From the NCBI GenBank assembly GCA_027604505.1, contig JADIIX010000165.1, positions 1 through 42,506 on the forward strand: a stretch of DNA of 42,506 nt, given 5' to 3'. The DNA comes from Gonapodya sp. JEL0774 (Eukaryota). Positions 12,501 through 23,931 of the stretch are shown here, one piece after another. Numbering within the stretch: position 1 is the stretch's first letter; each line of letters opens with the position of its first letter. The position numbers were made by a program, and so were the translations under genes. The notes beneath the pieces are model-generated. The model was not told the origin of the DNA and ran no database searches. It saw nothing but the letters and a program-made list of their open reading frames with translations.

Positions 12501-13970
12501 CAATCGGATTGGAGGAATCAGCGCCATCAGAGACTAAATCTCTGGCAGAAGAGAACGTGTCGCGCAGAGCCTGCAGACTGGGTGGGGTTCGAGATAATCC
12601 AGAGCCACGGTTTACAGTACGATTCACAGTGGGAGACACAGGGAGGGGAAAGTTGGGTGCAAGCTCGCGGAGCAGCTCCTGGGACAAGTTCTCACCAGTT
12701 AAAAGAGCGAGGTTTACACATCTCGATTTCTATCCACTCACCTCTCTTGCCCTCTTTGCTCTGGCTTCTCTTCTTATTTTCACCTCCTCTTGCGCAAGCT
12801 CGGGTCCTGATGGTGACTGCACTGCTCGGTGGCCTTGGCAAGTGAGGCGTCTCTGCAAACTTCGTGCCAGAAATTCATTTTTCTGAATAACGAGGCGATC
12901 TTGCGGCGAGTTTTGATGTTGAGTTTCGGATGCATCTTCTGTTTGCCTTCCTGTTAGTAGATTGGGATCGTCCTGTTGCCCGCGTTTTCGCAGCCTTACT
13001 CGCCTCCACCACCGCTGCAGAATTAATGCGCATTCATCCAGATGTGCGAGAAACGATGGTGAAAGGGAAGTGGTAGTCTGGAGTCGATGCATAGGGTCGC
13101 ATGGAGGATCGAGTATGTTCTCAGGGGCTGATGGGGCTGACACTTCGTCGAGCAGGTACGCGATGGAAGAAAGGGAGCTGATGTGTTGCGCTGATAGTTC
13201 GGAAGTGTACTGGACACTTCAAGATGTTAGTGACCCAGTCGTTTGGTTGTTGCGCTGACAACACTTCCACAACCCACCTCGCTCTCCTGTCTTTGACGTA
13301 AACCTTCTTGACCCGAGGACTCGACTCTCACGACCGCGAGATCGTCTTGGCCAAAATGGATCGCTGCAGCATCGGATCCGTTGATCTGGCGAACCGATTC
13401 TTCTTTTCGATCCGTCGAGGACAATTTTGAATCATCGTGAATCCAAAGAATGCTAGCCTCATGACTTTTCTTCATTTTACTATCATCTAAATCCCGATGG
13501 ACGGCGCGACAACCAGAGGAACCATTGTGGCTGCGATGTCGGGACTGCGGGACACCTGATTTGTTGCCGCCACGAGGCGGGGATACTGGTGGACGTCCAA
13601 CAAGTGCCGATCCTACACCCAACGGTGTCCCAGATATTGCAAATGCTGAATCCAAGTCACGTGGTTGAGAAGGTTTGCGAGCATTGGTCGTGCTCGTATC
13701 CAAGGATGAACGCGACCGCGCATGAGAGATCGATGATTGGGAGAGGTTCGATGTCCGTCGCGCCAGAGCAGAGTTGGAGCGCGGTCCTGGGCGCATCAGA
13801 TCTGCTCTGGAGTGATTTGGTGCCCAAACCGGTTTCTGGGTGACACAGAACTACGGATTTGGACCTCACAACTGACCACTACTGCAAACTAAATGTTTCT
13901 CATTTGCAATTTCAAACCGGCTTTTACTTTTGGTGAATGCCGTGATAGGTCCTTCACCTTGAACATTCAT
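9589..13970 (-). CDS. CEP131: Centrosomal/centriolar satellite protein CEP131 (AZI1)-like, multi-exon; 5' end uncertain
   Basis: Low-complexity N-terminal half and an IQ-like segment (CALILQRWWRRVRLRK). The long coiled coil carries CEP131 signatures: LQRKEYEAVVRRHL..CDRLVKEKEE; AAEKVRRDKWAQERTKAIKDQTIKGLEPEIQRML; ERDAEIELVIQRIESE. Ends QRVELLGS* at 9591-9589. Confidence 0.82.
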
Positions 13971-14104
13971 CCGCCGCAGACAAAGCAGATTCAGATAAGT
14001 GGCAATATACCGCCGCTCAGAAAGCGCGAGGTGCATCCTTTCATTCGATACAGCGATGACAAAACAAACAGTTAGAGAGACCACCCTTGGCCTCCACGAT
14101 GTAG

Positions 14105-16797
14105 CTATCGCACACCTTCCCGACCAACTCTCTCCTCCGCTTCCCTCATGTCAGACGCTGCGACGTTCGGATCTGATAGGAAGCCCCACAAGTTCCATCC
14201 AGCACCCCCCCGCCCGGCTAGCAAAGGCTGCGACATAAAGTCCCCCGCGTCAGCATTGTCCCGTTGCTCAACATCCCCTCCACTAGTCCCTGACACGATA
14301 CTTCCCCAGGAGTTTCTTCGCATCCACTCCTCATCTCCTCGAGGCTCCTGTGTCCTCCTCCTGCCACGAGCGCGCGGTGCCCACCAGCCATCCCCGACGA
14401 TGGCTGATGCAACAGGGCGGACAAAGGAGGAGTACAGTGTAGGAAAATATGAGGGCCAAGTTGAAGGAGACTTCCAGTCACCACCTGTAAAAGGAGGTGG
14501 TGAGGATGGAGAGGAAGAAGGCGAAGTTGGGCGCGTGGACGGCGAAGAGAAGGAGCTAGGTGTTGGAGGCTGAGAACGTGAGGGTAGAGCGGGCGAAGTT
14601 GGGCGGTAAGACTGGGAAAGTGTTTGGGAGGCGAGGTCGATGGTTATCGGGGTAATGGGGGTGACATTCAACGACAAGTCATCCACAATCGCAGTGCCAG
14701 GTGATGCATCCACGAGCACTTCTTGGTGTCTTGACTGCCAAATCGGAATTTGTTAAAATAAACGTTGGCGGTCAATGAGGCCGTGACAGTCGAGATTCTC
14801 TCTTGCTTCTCACCTCCTCCCCCTTTCCTAGCCACCGGTACAACTTCCCCACCCTGCCCGCTCGATCACCTCTTCCCTCTTCCCACCTTCCAACTACCCT
14901 TTCCACCTCGACACTCCCTCCCACCACATTGGGTTGGTATCCTTGTCCCTGCGCTTCCACAAACTTTCGCAGATCTTTGCCGTAGGATAGGAATGCTCGA
15001 GAACGGAACGGTAAGTACGAAGGATGAGGCGTTGCGAGGGGGGCGAGAACAGCTGAAGATGTTGGTTCAGCAGACGGAAGCGGAGGTAGAACGCGTGGAA
15101 ATAGGGAGTAAGAAGAGGTTGTGGCAAGTGTCGGAGTGGAAAGCTGTGGTTGAAAATAGTGGGAAGCTTCAATGACGGGAACAAGCCTGCCGGAAAAAAA
15201 TATTAGACCCTCCAGATACGTCTGCACGCAACTCACCATGTACCCCCCACCATATCCCATCGCTCCATATGCCCACGTGAGTTCAACCTCCAGCTCACCT
15301 ACGAGTGCTCCTACCATCTCGCTTCCCTCACCACCCCATACCTCGTAGCTACCTCGTACCGGTGTAGCAGCTGCAAGATCGTGCAGATGAAATGAAAGAG
15401 ACCCTAGGACTTGCGGGGGAGTTGGAGGTGGGGGTAGGCGAACGAGGTGGATACGGAGGAGGTTGTGGGGGTGGCGTGGGTCGCGAGGGAGCTGTAGGTT
15501 CACCGAGTAGATAGGTGCGTTGAAAGTTATTTGAGGAAGTTCGTTGAATTTGGGTGTATAGGAGACGAATCGTTGTGTGTTGATTGTAACACAGTTCAAC
15601 ACAAAACTCACCGCAATAGAAAAATGCTTGCACTCATCTACCCACACGCTACCCCCCCTGACTATTGAAGCACGAGTGGTCTTGCTGAATGTGCGTACGG
15701 AGAGTCGGAAGGAAACAGGGTGGGGAGAGTCTTTACGGACCAGAAACACGAGTAAGAAAATATCCGGGGGAAGCATGTGGGGACAGCTCATTCCCGAGCA
15801 ATTTGAAGACGGAGATAAATTGCTCAGACCACAACCAATCACCCCTGGTTCATTCATGAGTAAGAGTGTCACTCCGATAAAGGAATGGGGTATAGACTCT
15901 GCCGAGCGACAGCTGGGTCTGTACTCCTCCAACCTCCATACAGGTTCTTTCGAAAACTGACTCCGTGTCTATCTTCGTCCCGTCGTATCTCATTTGAACT
16001 CACCTGCCGCAGCGAGCGTAGCCGACTTAATCGTAACCTGTTGCGATGGGGATATGAAAATGAATCCAGCTTTATCTGGACAGTAGAACAATCAGCAGAG
16101 CACTCACACTGAGTACACCGTGCTACAACAAAGATGTCGGTTTTGTTGGTGATGGAGGCGATGATGTTGCGGGCGGGAAGATGTCAGTCGGATTGCCACG
16201 CACACGCAGGGACAAGAGTTCCCATTTCTTTTGCATTTTCTTTCTTCGTCCCAAATGAAGAGCAACATGTCTTGGTAAGGGAGTGCTTTTCGGCAGATAC
16301 CCGGCTTTCATGTTGCAAGTTCTACGTTCAGGGAAGTCTCCCGTTTCGCTCCATTCACATGCGACGCTCCATCCAGTCTTCCTATCTCTTGTCTGTGCTT
16401 CTTGAGGTCACTCCCTTCGTTGTCTCATATCGCCCCCAGAATCCGACTTCCAACGTACAAGAACAGGTCTCTGATCCTCGCCTGCAACCAGAAACCGCTG
16501 TACGGCCAAAGTCTCGTCAAGCACTGATTCATCGGCTCGCGGATTTCTTTTTCTTCCTCGGGGACCGGTTCTGGGCCATTTTCGCAACGAGGACGCGGAC
16601 GCTTGTGAAGCGGACAGTCCAGCGTGCGATGCGAAGGTTGACTCGGAGTTTGAGATGGTCTGGGACTGCATCATAGCCAGCGCTCCCTCAGAACTCATTA
16701 TTGATAGAGTAACGTCGCCGCCGATATCGCCCGAAGAGAAATTGCCACCAGAGGACGCAAACGACCCGAACGAGGTAGATGCGGCAAAGGACGCCAT
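14105..16797 (-). CDS. C2-domain protein resembling C2CD6/ALS2CR11 (CatSper targeting subunit tau)
   Basis: SFRLSVRTFSKTT...ITFNAPIYSVNLQLPRDPRHPHNLLRIHL...VLGSLSFHLHDL...GELEVELTWAYGAMGYG...SLFPRVLPP...LAPLATPHPSYL is collinear with my recollection of the conserved C2CD6 N-terminal region. Start ATG 16797 (MASFAASTSF) and the exon structure are inferred. Confidence 0.65.
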
Positions 16798-17466
16798 CGC
16801 CGCGGTATTACGTTGGAGAGCTGTCCTGCGCGGTAAATGATGGTCTCCGACAGTGATTGAAGGCTTTGAGACCAAGTGAGTAAATGCAATTGGGTGCCTG
16901 TTTTGAAAACCTGATTGGGGATGGCAAACGGCAACCATGCGACCCACCAGCTAATTTAATAAAGTACACATTTCAAGATGAATTGGAAGCTCACACTGAG
17001 CGGTCCACTGTTTTGGTGCATTTGCTCTTGGTGATTTTTAACTCTTGCCAAGCTCGTCTTTGGGGATCCGTTCATCACGAACAGCACATATACTTGGTTT
17101 GAACAACAGTCTGTACTTACTACTGTTCATCGAGTCGTCTCAGAGATGAGGTTACTTGCTCTGAATCCACTCGTTGGAGAAAACTCTAGGCTCAAAGTGG
17201 TAGGGGAACGTGGCAATGAAGGTCCCCATGCATCTGCAAGGCAACATCGTCGACATTTCTTTTTTTGCGCCGAATACTGGAGTACTAGTGGTGTTGGGTT
17301 GCCCAATTTTAGTAAAAGAGCAATGCAATGAATAAGCGAACTTCGCCCCTCCCTTCGTTCCCATTCTGTGGCCCCATCATTCCTGATTCATTCGTCTTCA
17401 CCATTCCGTGCAGCGTATCCACGCGAGCCAACTCTCACCCATTCACCTGCGACATTTCCTTGTACA

Positions 17467-20400
17467 ATGATTCCCGATTCTGCGATCCCAACAGCCGCTC
17501 CTCCCCGTTTTCCTCCCGTCACTGACCCCGCGCGCTGGCGACTTCGTGTCGCATCAGGCGCTCAAACCTGGCACTACCTCGATCCCGATGAGTGCGAAGC
17601 ATGGCCTCAAACTCCTGCAGATCGCTACTGGCTCGGCATCTACAAAGAAGCACCGGATCTTAAAGCTGCCTCGACGCCGGCCGACGCTGCAAGAAATGGT
17701 TTCGAGTTCTACAGAAAAATGCAAACGGAAGATGGACATTGGGCAGGTGAGTGTGTCTACAGAAAATTCTGAAGCTAACCTCTGCTTTACTGGAGGGAGT
17801 GATGGTGTTTGTTTTCATCTTGGAAAGTCGTGGGAATTCGATGTGAACTATTCGAAGAAATATGGCATTTGGATTTAATTACCCAGCAACCATTAGAGTA
17901 TATTTTGCATTCTTTGCAATCACATTGTCATTGGGTACTCTCTGTTAACTGCTACTCCATCTTGTCTCAAAGGCGAATACGGCGGACCAATGTTCCTCAT
18001 TCCCGGTCTTTGCATCACCATGTACATCACCAAGACGCCTTGGAGACCAGGACAACGGGAAGAGCTCGTGCGTTACTTGAGAAATCGGGCAAATGCTGAG
18101 GATGGTGGATGGGGAATGTGAGTTTTTGAAATTCGAAGTAGTATGATTCGGCACTTTTGAAAGGACGGTGATCGACTTCGCTTGGAGGAATTCGGCTGGG
18201 AACGTGCTTTGCGATGGGATAGCTAATGCGTGCAGATGTCTTGCGGATGTCATTTGGAAACAACCCTCGCTGCCTAATCCCCCTCAGGACGGAAATGGAT
18301 AGCTGACTGTTTAGCACTCAAGATAAAGCACCACAACACCGCCAAGAGATCTTGGGTGGACACTCCAACTGTGAACGATTTGTGACTGAGTCATCATTAC
18401 CCATTTCGATTCCACTTTCTCAGTCACATTGAAGGAATCTCGACAGTGTTCGGAACGGCGCTCAACTATGTTGCTCTCCGTCTCCTCGGTGTGCCTGCGG
18501 ACGATCCTGTGTGCGTCAAGGCTAGAGGAACCCTCCATAAGCTCGGTAGGCTTCATCGACTGTGATTATTCACTTCACACCAACGCCAATTTACCTACCG
18601 TAACTAGGTGGTGCCTCCCGTGCTCCCGCGTGGGGAAAGTTCTGGCTGAGTGTCCTGGGCTGCTATGAGTATGCTGGAATGAACCCTGTGCCCCCTGAGC
18701 TCTGGTATTGTTGCACATTCGCATTTCTTGATGATGATAGGGGCTCATCCTGCTCTCCTTTCCCATCTATTCTAACAGGGTCATTCCTCACGTCCTCCCT
18801 ATTCATGCCGGCAAAATGTGGGTTCATACCAGACTGGTCTATCTGCCGATGGGATACTTTTACGGTCGGAAATGGGTGGCACCGCTCGACGATCTAACGA
18901 AGAGCTTGCGGGAGGTTCGTCGTCCATCTTTGTCGTGTTACTGTTCTGTGTTAGATCTCTTGTAAGCATTCTGATATCCCTCTCTGGTACGGTTTTGCCA
19001 GGAGCTCTACACCATGCCTTACGAAGAGATCGACTGGGTAAAGGCCCGGAATGATATCTGCGAAGCAGATCTTTACCAGCCTCACACGGCGCTATTGGAT
19101 GTTGCAAATTGTAAGTCTAATTCCCAGCAGCACTCACGGTCGCAACCTTTCGACCTTTCGCTATGTTTCTCGTACGCTGTGTATGGCTATTCCGAAACCA
19201 TCAACCATCAGCATTGCTTCAATTATATGAGTCTCTATGCACTCTCCCTCCTGTTTCTTGGATTAGGGAACGCGCGATCCGTGAATGTGTGAGGCAGTGC
19301 AGGATGGAAGATGATAATACAAAATGTCTTGACATTGGGCCGGTATGTCTGGGCAGTCGCTGCTCGTTTGTAAATACAATTAAATTTCATGCCATCTTTG
19401 CATTATCGTACGTACTCAGGTGAACAAGGTCATGAACATGCTCGTATCGTTTATCGAAGATGGCCCGACCCACCCGCGGTATCTAGCCCACGTCAAGCGA
19501 AACGTAGATTTCCTTTGGATGAGCGGGGAAGGAATGATGATGTGTGGCACGAATGGCAGTCAGTTATGGGACACGGCATTTGCGTGCCAGGCTGTGGCAG
19601 AATGTGGGTTCGCCAAGGAGCAGGGGCCTGTCAGGGACTGCCTCATCAAGGCGTTGGAGTTTCTTGATGACTGTCAGGTGAATATAGAGTCTCATGCTTT
19701 TCTGGTGTTGCATGGGTGATGCTTGCGATTCTCAGCGTTGACTTTGTGTCCTTATCCGCTCCGATGATAGATTAAAAGCAACTCCTTAAACTACCCCCAC
19801 GATTATCGTCATACTTCAAAAGGAGCTTGGCCTTTCTCTACTCGTGATCAATCCTATACTGTGTCGGATTGTACTGCAGAGGGATTGAAAACCTCTCTCA
19901 TTCTACAGAAAGAACTCGATTACACACCGAAGCTTATCGACGACAGGCGGTTCATGGATGCCGCTGACGTACTGCTTTCGATGCAGAACGCTGATGAAGG
20001 ATTCGCGAGCTACGAGAAACAACGAAGCGGGGAATGGTTGGAGTGGTTGAATCCTGCGGAAGTGTTTGGTAGGTGGTTCCTCATGGACTTTGGAATGGGC
20101 TGCATTATATGTATCCTGAGTGTGATCCAACTCTCAGGTAAAATTATGGTCGAGTACAGCTACACGGAGTGTACCACAGCGACCATGCTGGGACTTACCA
20201 CGTTTCGGAAATATTACCCGGATTACCGAACGGAAGAAATCAAGTGAGAATGAAATCGCGAAGCAACAGCACTTTGATCAATAAGAACGTGATCTAACAT
20301 CATGTTCCGAAAATGTCACCCAACAGCAAGACGGTCGACGGATGCGTTCGGTTCATCAAGTCTTCTCAGCGACCTGACGGCTCCTGGTACGGCTGCTGGG

Positions 20401-20995
20401 CCATCTGTTTCACGTACGCCGCACTGTTTGGTGTCGAAGCGCTCGCTAGCGTAGGCGAGCGATACGCAAACAGTGAGAGCCTCAAGCGGGCATGTGACTT
20501 CTTGGTAGACAAGCAGAATGACGACGGGGGTTGGGGAGAGGCGTACAAGGTGAGGAAGGGACCAAATTTGCGTATGGTATCTACTAGTGGTGATGTGCTC
20601 CATCCTGAATCTCAGGCTTGTGAGACTGGTGTCTGGTGTCAACATCCGCGCGGATCGCAAGTCGTAAACACCGCATGGGCCGTCCTGGCTCTCATGGCTG
20701 CCGAGTATCCCGACGAAAAAGTAATTCGACGCGGTATTGAACTGATCATGGGACGGCAGCGAGCCAATGGGGAATGGCTACAAGAAGGAATTGAAGGGGT
20801 GTTCAACAAAAAGTAAGCAAACGAGGCCACACACATTCATTTTATTTCATCGGTTCTAAGGGAGGGAGTGATATAATTAACTCAATCCATGTTCACAGCT
20901 GCATGATCTCATATCCGAACTACAAATTTGCATTTACAATCTGGGCATTGGGGCGTTACGCGAAACGCTACGGCAACCCGGTACTCATTATGTGA
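17467..20995 (+). CDS. ERG7: Oxidosqualene cyclase, lanosterol synthase type, multi-exon
   Basis: [69 protein letters not shown] (catalytic DCTAE at 19867); QW repeats ([19 protein letters not shown]); ends [18 protein letters not shown]. Confidence 0.97.
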
Positions 20996-21064
20996 CATGA
21001 TCTACATTGTACTAATCTGCATTGGAGTAATTTATTCTTCTAAGAGCCTCATTGTCATTGCATT

Positions 21065-22262
21065 TTACTCGGAAGTGTCACGTGCTCCCGGAACAGCATT
21101 TGCATCACTACGATCCTCGCCATCAGTCCCATCCCCGTTCGGATCATTTTTGGCCGCTTGATTGAGAATTTGCTCAATTGATGCATTCCATTGACTCATC
21201 GCTTCATCAAGAGAATGTTTAACAATAGCATCCGCGCGAGCCCTCTGCAACTCCGGATCGGCTGCCACGACGTCTGTTTCCACACTACGCCTCTTTGCAT
21301 CATCAAATACCACCTTTCTCAATGCGTCGTCGCCCATAATAGCAGCTCGTTGCAACTTAGTGAACAGAAGCGAGCTGTGAGCGGTTCCCAAACTGTCCAG
21401 AATGGCGCTGGCCCGGTCATCTTCTGTCTCCATAGGCTCATCAAACGCAAATACGAGGACGCACAGCAGGCTCAGTGGCAGATGGCGCCAGTTGTGGGTG
21501 AAGGAGTAGAGTGACCAGCCAGATGGAGGGGCGTGACCACGGTGGACTACGCGACCGGGATCATTTGCTGCGATAAAGAAATAGCAGTCCAGGAAGACGC
21601 CTAGAAGAAAGAGGGCCGTATTGATATAGTGTCTCCACCAACGCCGCCCGCGTCGCTCGGTTGCCAAACCGAGGACCACGAATGTCGAGAGATATACCAG
21701 TCCAATAGACGGAGCTACATGGAGAAAGTAGTCCCCATCATCTTGGCACCACGTACACCCCAGGAAGGCCTCCTCCCCGTATTTCAGGTAGAACCTCCTC
21801 GCCAGCGGATCCCTCAAACGAACATACAGTGTTCGAAGTAACTGCTGCTCTGCATTAAGTCCCTCCATCGCTGCCATATACGCCGCATCCTCTCTTGTCC
21901 GCTCTACTGACAGGACCCATTCCGAGGCAACAAGGTTCGCCGTAGGCTCGTCCCACCGCTTGAGGGCATAGTTCCGCATCCCTACGGTGAGATGTTGTAA
22001 AGGATCCTCTGGTGATAATTTCAACGTGGCGAGAATGTTCGGTGGTGAGAAGAACAGGTAGGTTAGGAAGTGAAGTGCGGCAGTCGCAATCAGGAGGACT
22101 CGGGCGAACTTGTCGAAGGTCGTCTGGGGGTAGTTCGGAGGTGGTTTCTGATTGGGCGGTGGACTGAATCGATTTGCAAGAAAAGATATGACTGGACGAT
22201 GCGGTCATTTGATGGATGGTGGGATAGTGAGGGCATGTAAAGGAGTTCCGGTGGAACATCAA
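21065..22262 (-). CDS. Conserved fungal multi-pass membrane protein of unknown function with a CxxC motif; start uncertain
   Basis: 319-aa ORF with ARRFYLKYGEEAFLGCTWCQDDGDYFL, about three hydrophobic helices and a helical C-terminus. An upstream exon is likely. Confidence 0.6.
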
Positions 22263-22459
22263 GAGATGGGAGTCAAAAGATACGCTCCCGGCAATCCCGA
22301 AATTTCATCTTACATTGTGGAGCATACGTGATCGCGGCAACCTGAAGGACTATTCCCACCGCGGACATACTCCGTTCTGTCTTCGGAATGGGTAATATGG
22401 GGAAACTTGACTCTCGAATCTCAGCCGCCACCTGCTCCGAATTTACAATTTTCTGCGAA

Positions 22460-23664
22460 CTAATTCAAATCCCAACTATGTCGAGCATCCCACCCTAAAC
22501 GAATGAGGGTGGTATCTGTACGAGCAAAGATTCTGAAAGAGTTCTTGGTCTTTGTCGTTCTGAGTTTACGAACTCACCAAGGTAATCAATGCGTTTCGGT
22601 ACCACCTTGATGCAAGTTGCCCAGTTCTTGGGTACTAGTCGGACAATCGATTTAAATTGTGACAAAAAGTTGTGATGGAGGACGGAGCGGCGGCTAAGGG
22701 CTCCACATCTCACCGTCCAGAACATCCCGAAGCAGTACACCCCTTTTTAATTGGTACGCCGCTAGTCCTTCTTTCCAGGTCTGTGATTTTCGATCCGAAG
22801 TAATTTCTGCCGCCTCCCCTTGGATTTGAACTCCTTGTAGTTGCTCCCAGCCCTTGAATTGTTCAGTGTGAATAGCGACGGAGATTCTGGGGTTTGCAAT
22901 TATATTTTTGAGTTTGGTGGAGAGGGACGATGGGTCTGGGAGAAAGCGAATTGAGTGGGGTGGTGGCTTCACAAACGAAAGTCCACGAGACGCACCCGCT
23001 GGGTCCCCTTCAGAGAAGAGATAAATGATAAACGAATGGTAGCTCTCGGGATTTGGGTCGACAAAGAAGCCCACTAGTGTTAACGAAGGAAACTGATGAC
23101 TTTGCGCACTTTGTTCGATGGACGGCAAGAGTTTGCACACCCACTCGGCGAGGCCCTTGGAACTCCATCCTTGTCCACGGTCGCGACAACACAAATGCTC
23201 TGGCTCGACATGAATGATTTTAGAAACGGTTCGACATTATCGACGGTCGGTGGGAAATCGGGATCACCGGGCGGTTTGGTACGGTTAACAGGGAAGGGGG
23301 AATCGAGGGGTGGAAGACTCGAAGATGCTAAAAAACGATGTGGCTCCAAACCATCAGAAACATCTCTCCTTCCCCGCACACTTCCCAGCTGTCCCCTCCC
23401 ACCCTCCCAAATTAACAGCGCATCTCAGTTTGATTCCAAAGATTTACAAAACTTACACGATCTGATTTTCTTTTGGCTCTTGGGTGTAAACCCTTTCTCC
23501 TCCTCAACGTGGGATTCGTGTAAAGCGCGTGGTGTGGAATGGAAGTATGATTTGCCCAAAGACATTCCAGTACCTTCCAGGGCAAAGCATCGCACTGGGC
23601 TTTGGGATAATTTGGGCGCATTCAATTGGCGCACAGATTTGATACTCGCTGATATTCGGAGCAT
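22460..23664 (-). CDS. Pyridoxamine 5'-phosphate oxidase-like FMN-binding split-barrel protein, putative mitochondrial presequence
   Basis: ICVVATVDKDGVPRASP; STKLKNIIANPRISVAIH...LQGVQIQGEA; IKVVPKRIDYL|DTTLIRLGWDARHSWDLN*. The N-terminus MLRISASIKSVRQLNAPKLSQSPVRCFA is rich in R/K/S and has no acidic residues. Confidence 0.7.
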
Positions 23665-23931
23665 TGCTGGTGAAAGGCAGAGGGGGGCTGGTGAGTCATC
23701 ATCATCGGCCGTTCGGTTCGGTTTATCAGTTCTTCCACAACCATTGATTTGCATAACCAGGACGAATTACAGTAACTTTTAAGATTGCATAAAGAGGAAA
23801 GAGTTTCCCCACCTTAATGCAAGTCCCTTCGAATGAAATTTATTTCGAGTTTTTATCTGGTATTCTGACACGCTTTCAACTGCAAATTCTTGGTGTTACA
23901 TGAATTCGAACCACCCAATATAATACATAAC

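Noticed and set aside
14937..14945. GTATCCTT, a U12-type 5' splice site motif
   Set aside because: It lies on the plus strand, antisense to the C2CD6-like coding exon.
17748..18423. Two longer ERG7 introns (about 220 and 300 nt) as possible snoRNA or riboswitch hosts
   Set aside because: I could not see paired C/D or H/ACA boxes or a TPP-aptamer consensus. An Infernal/Rfam scan would settle it.
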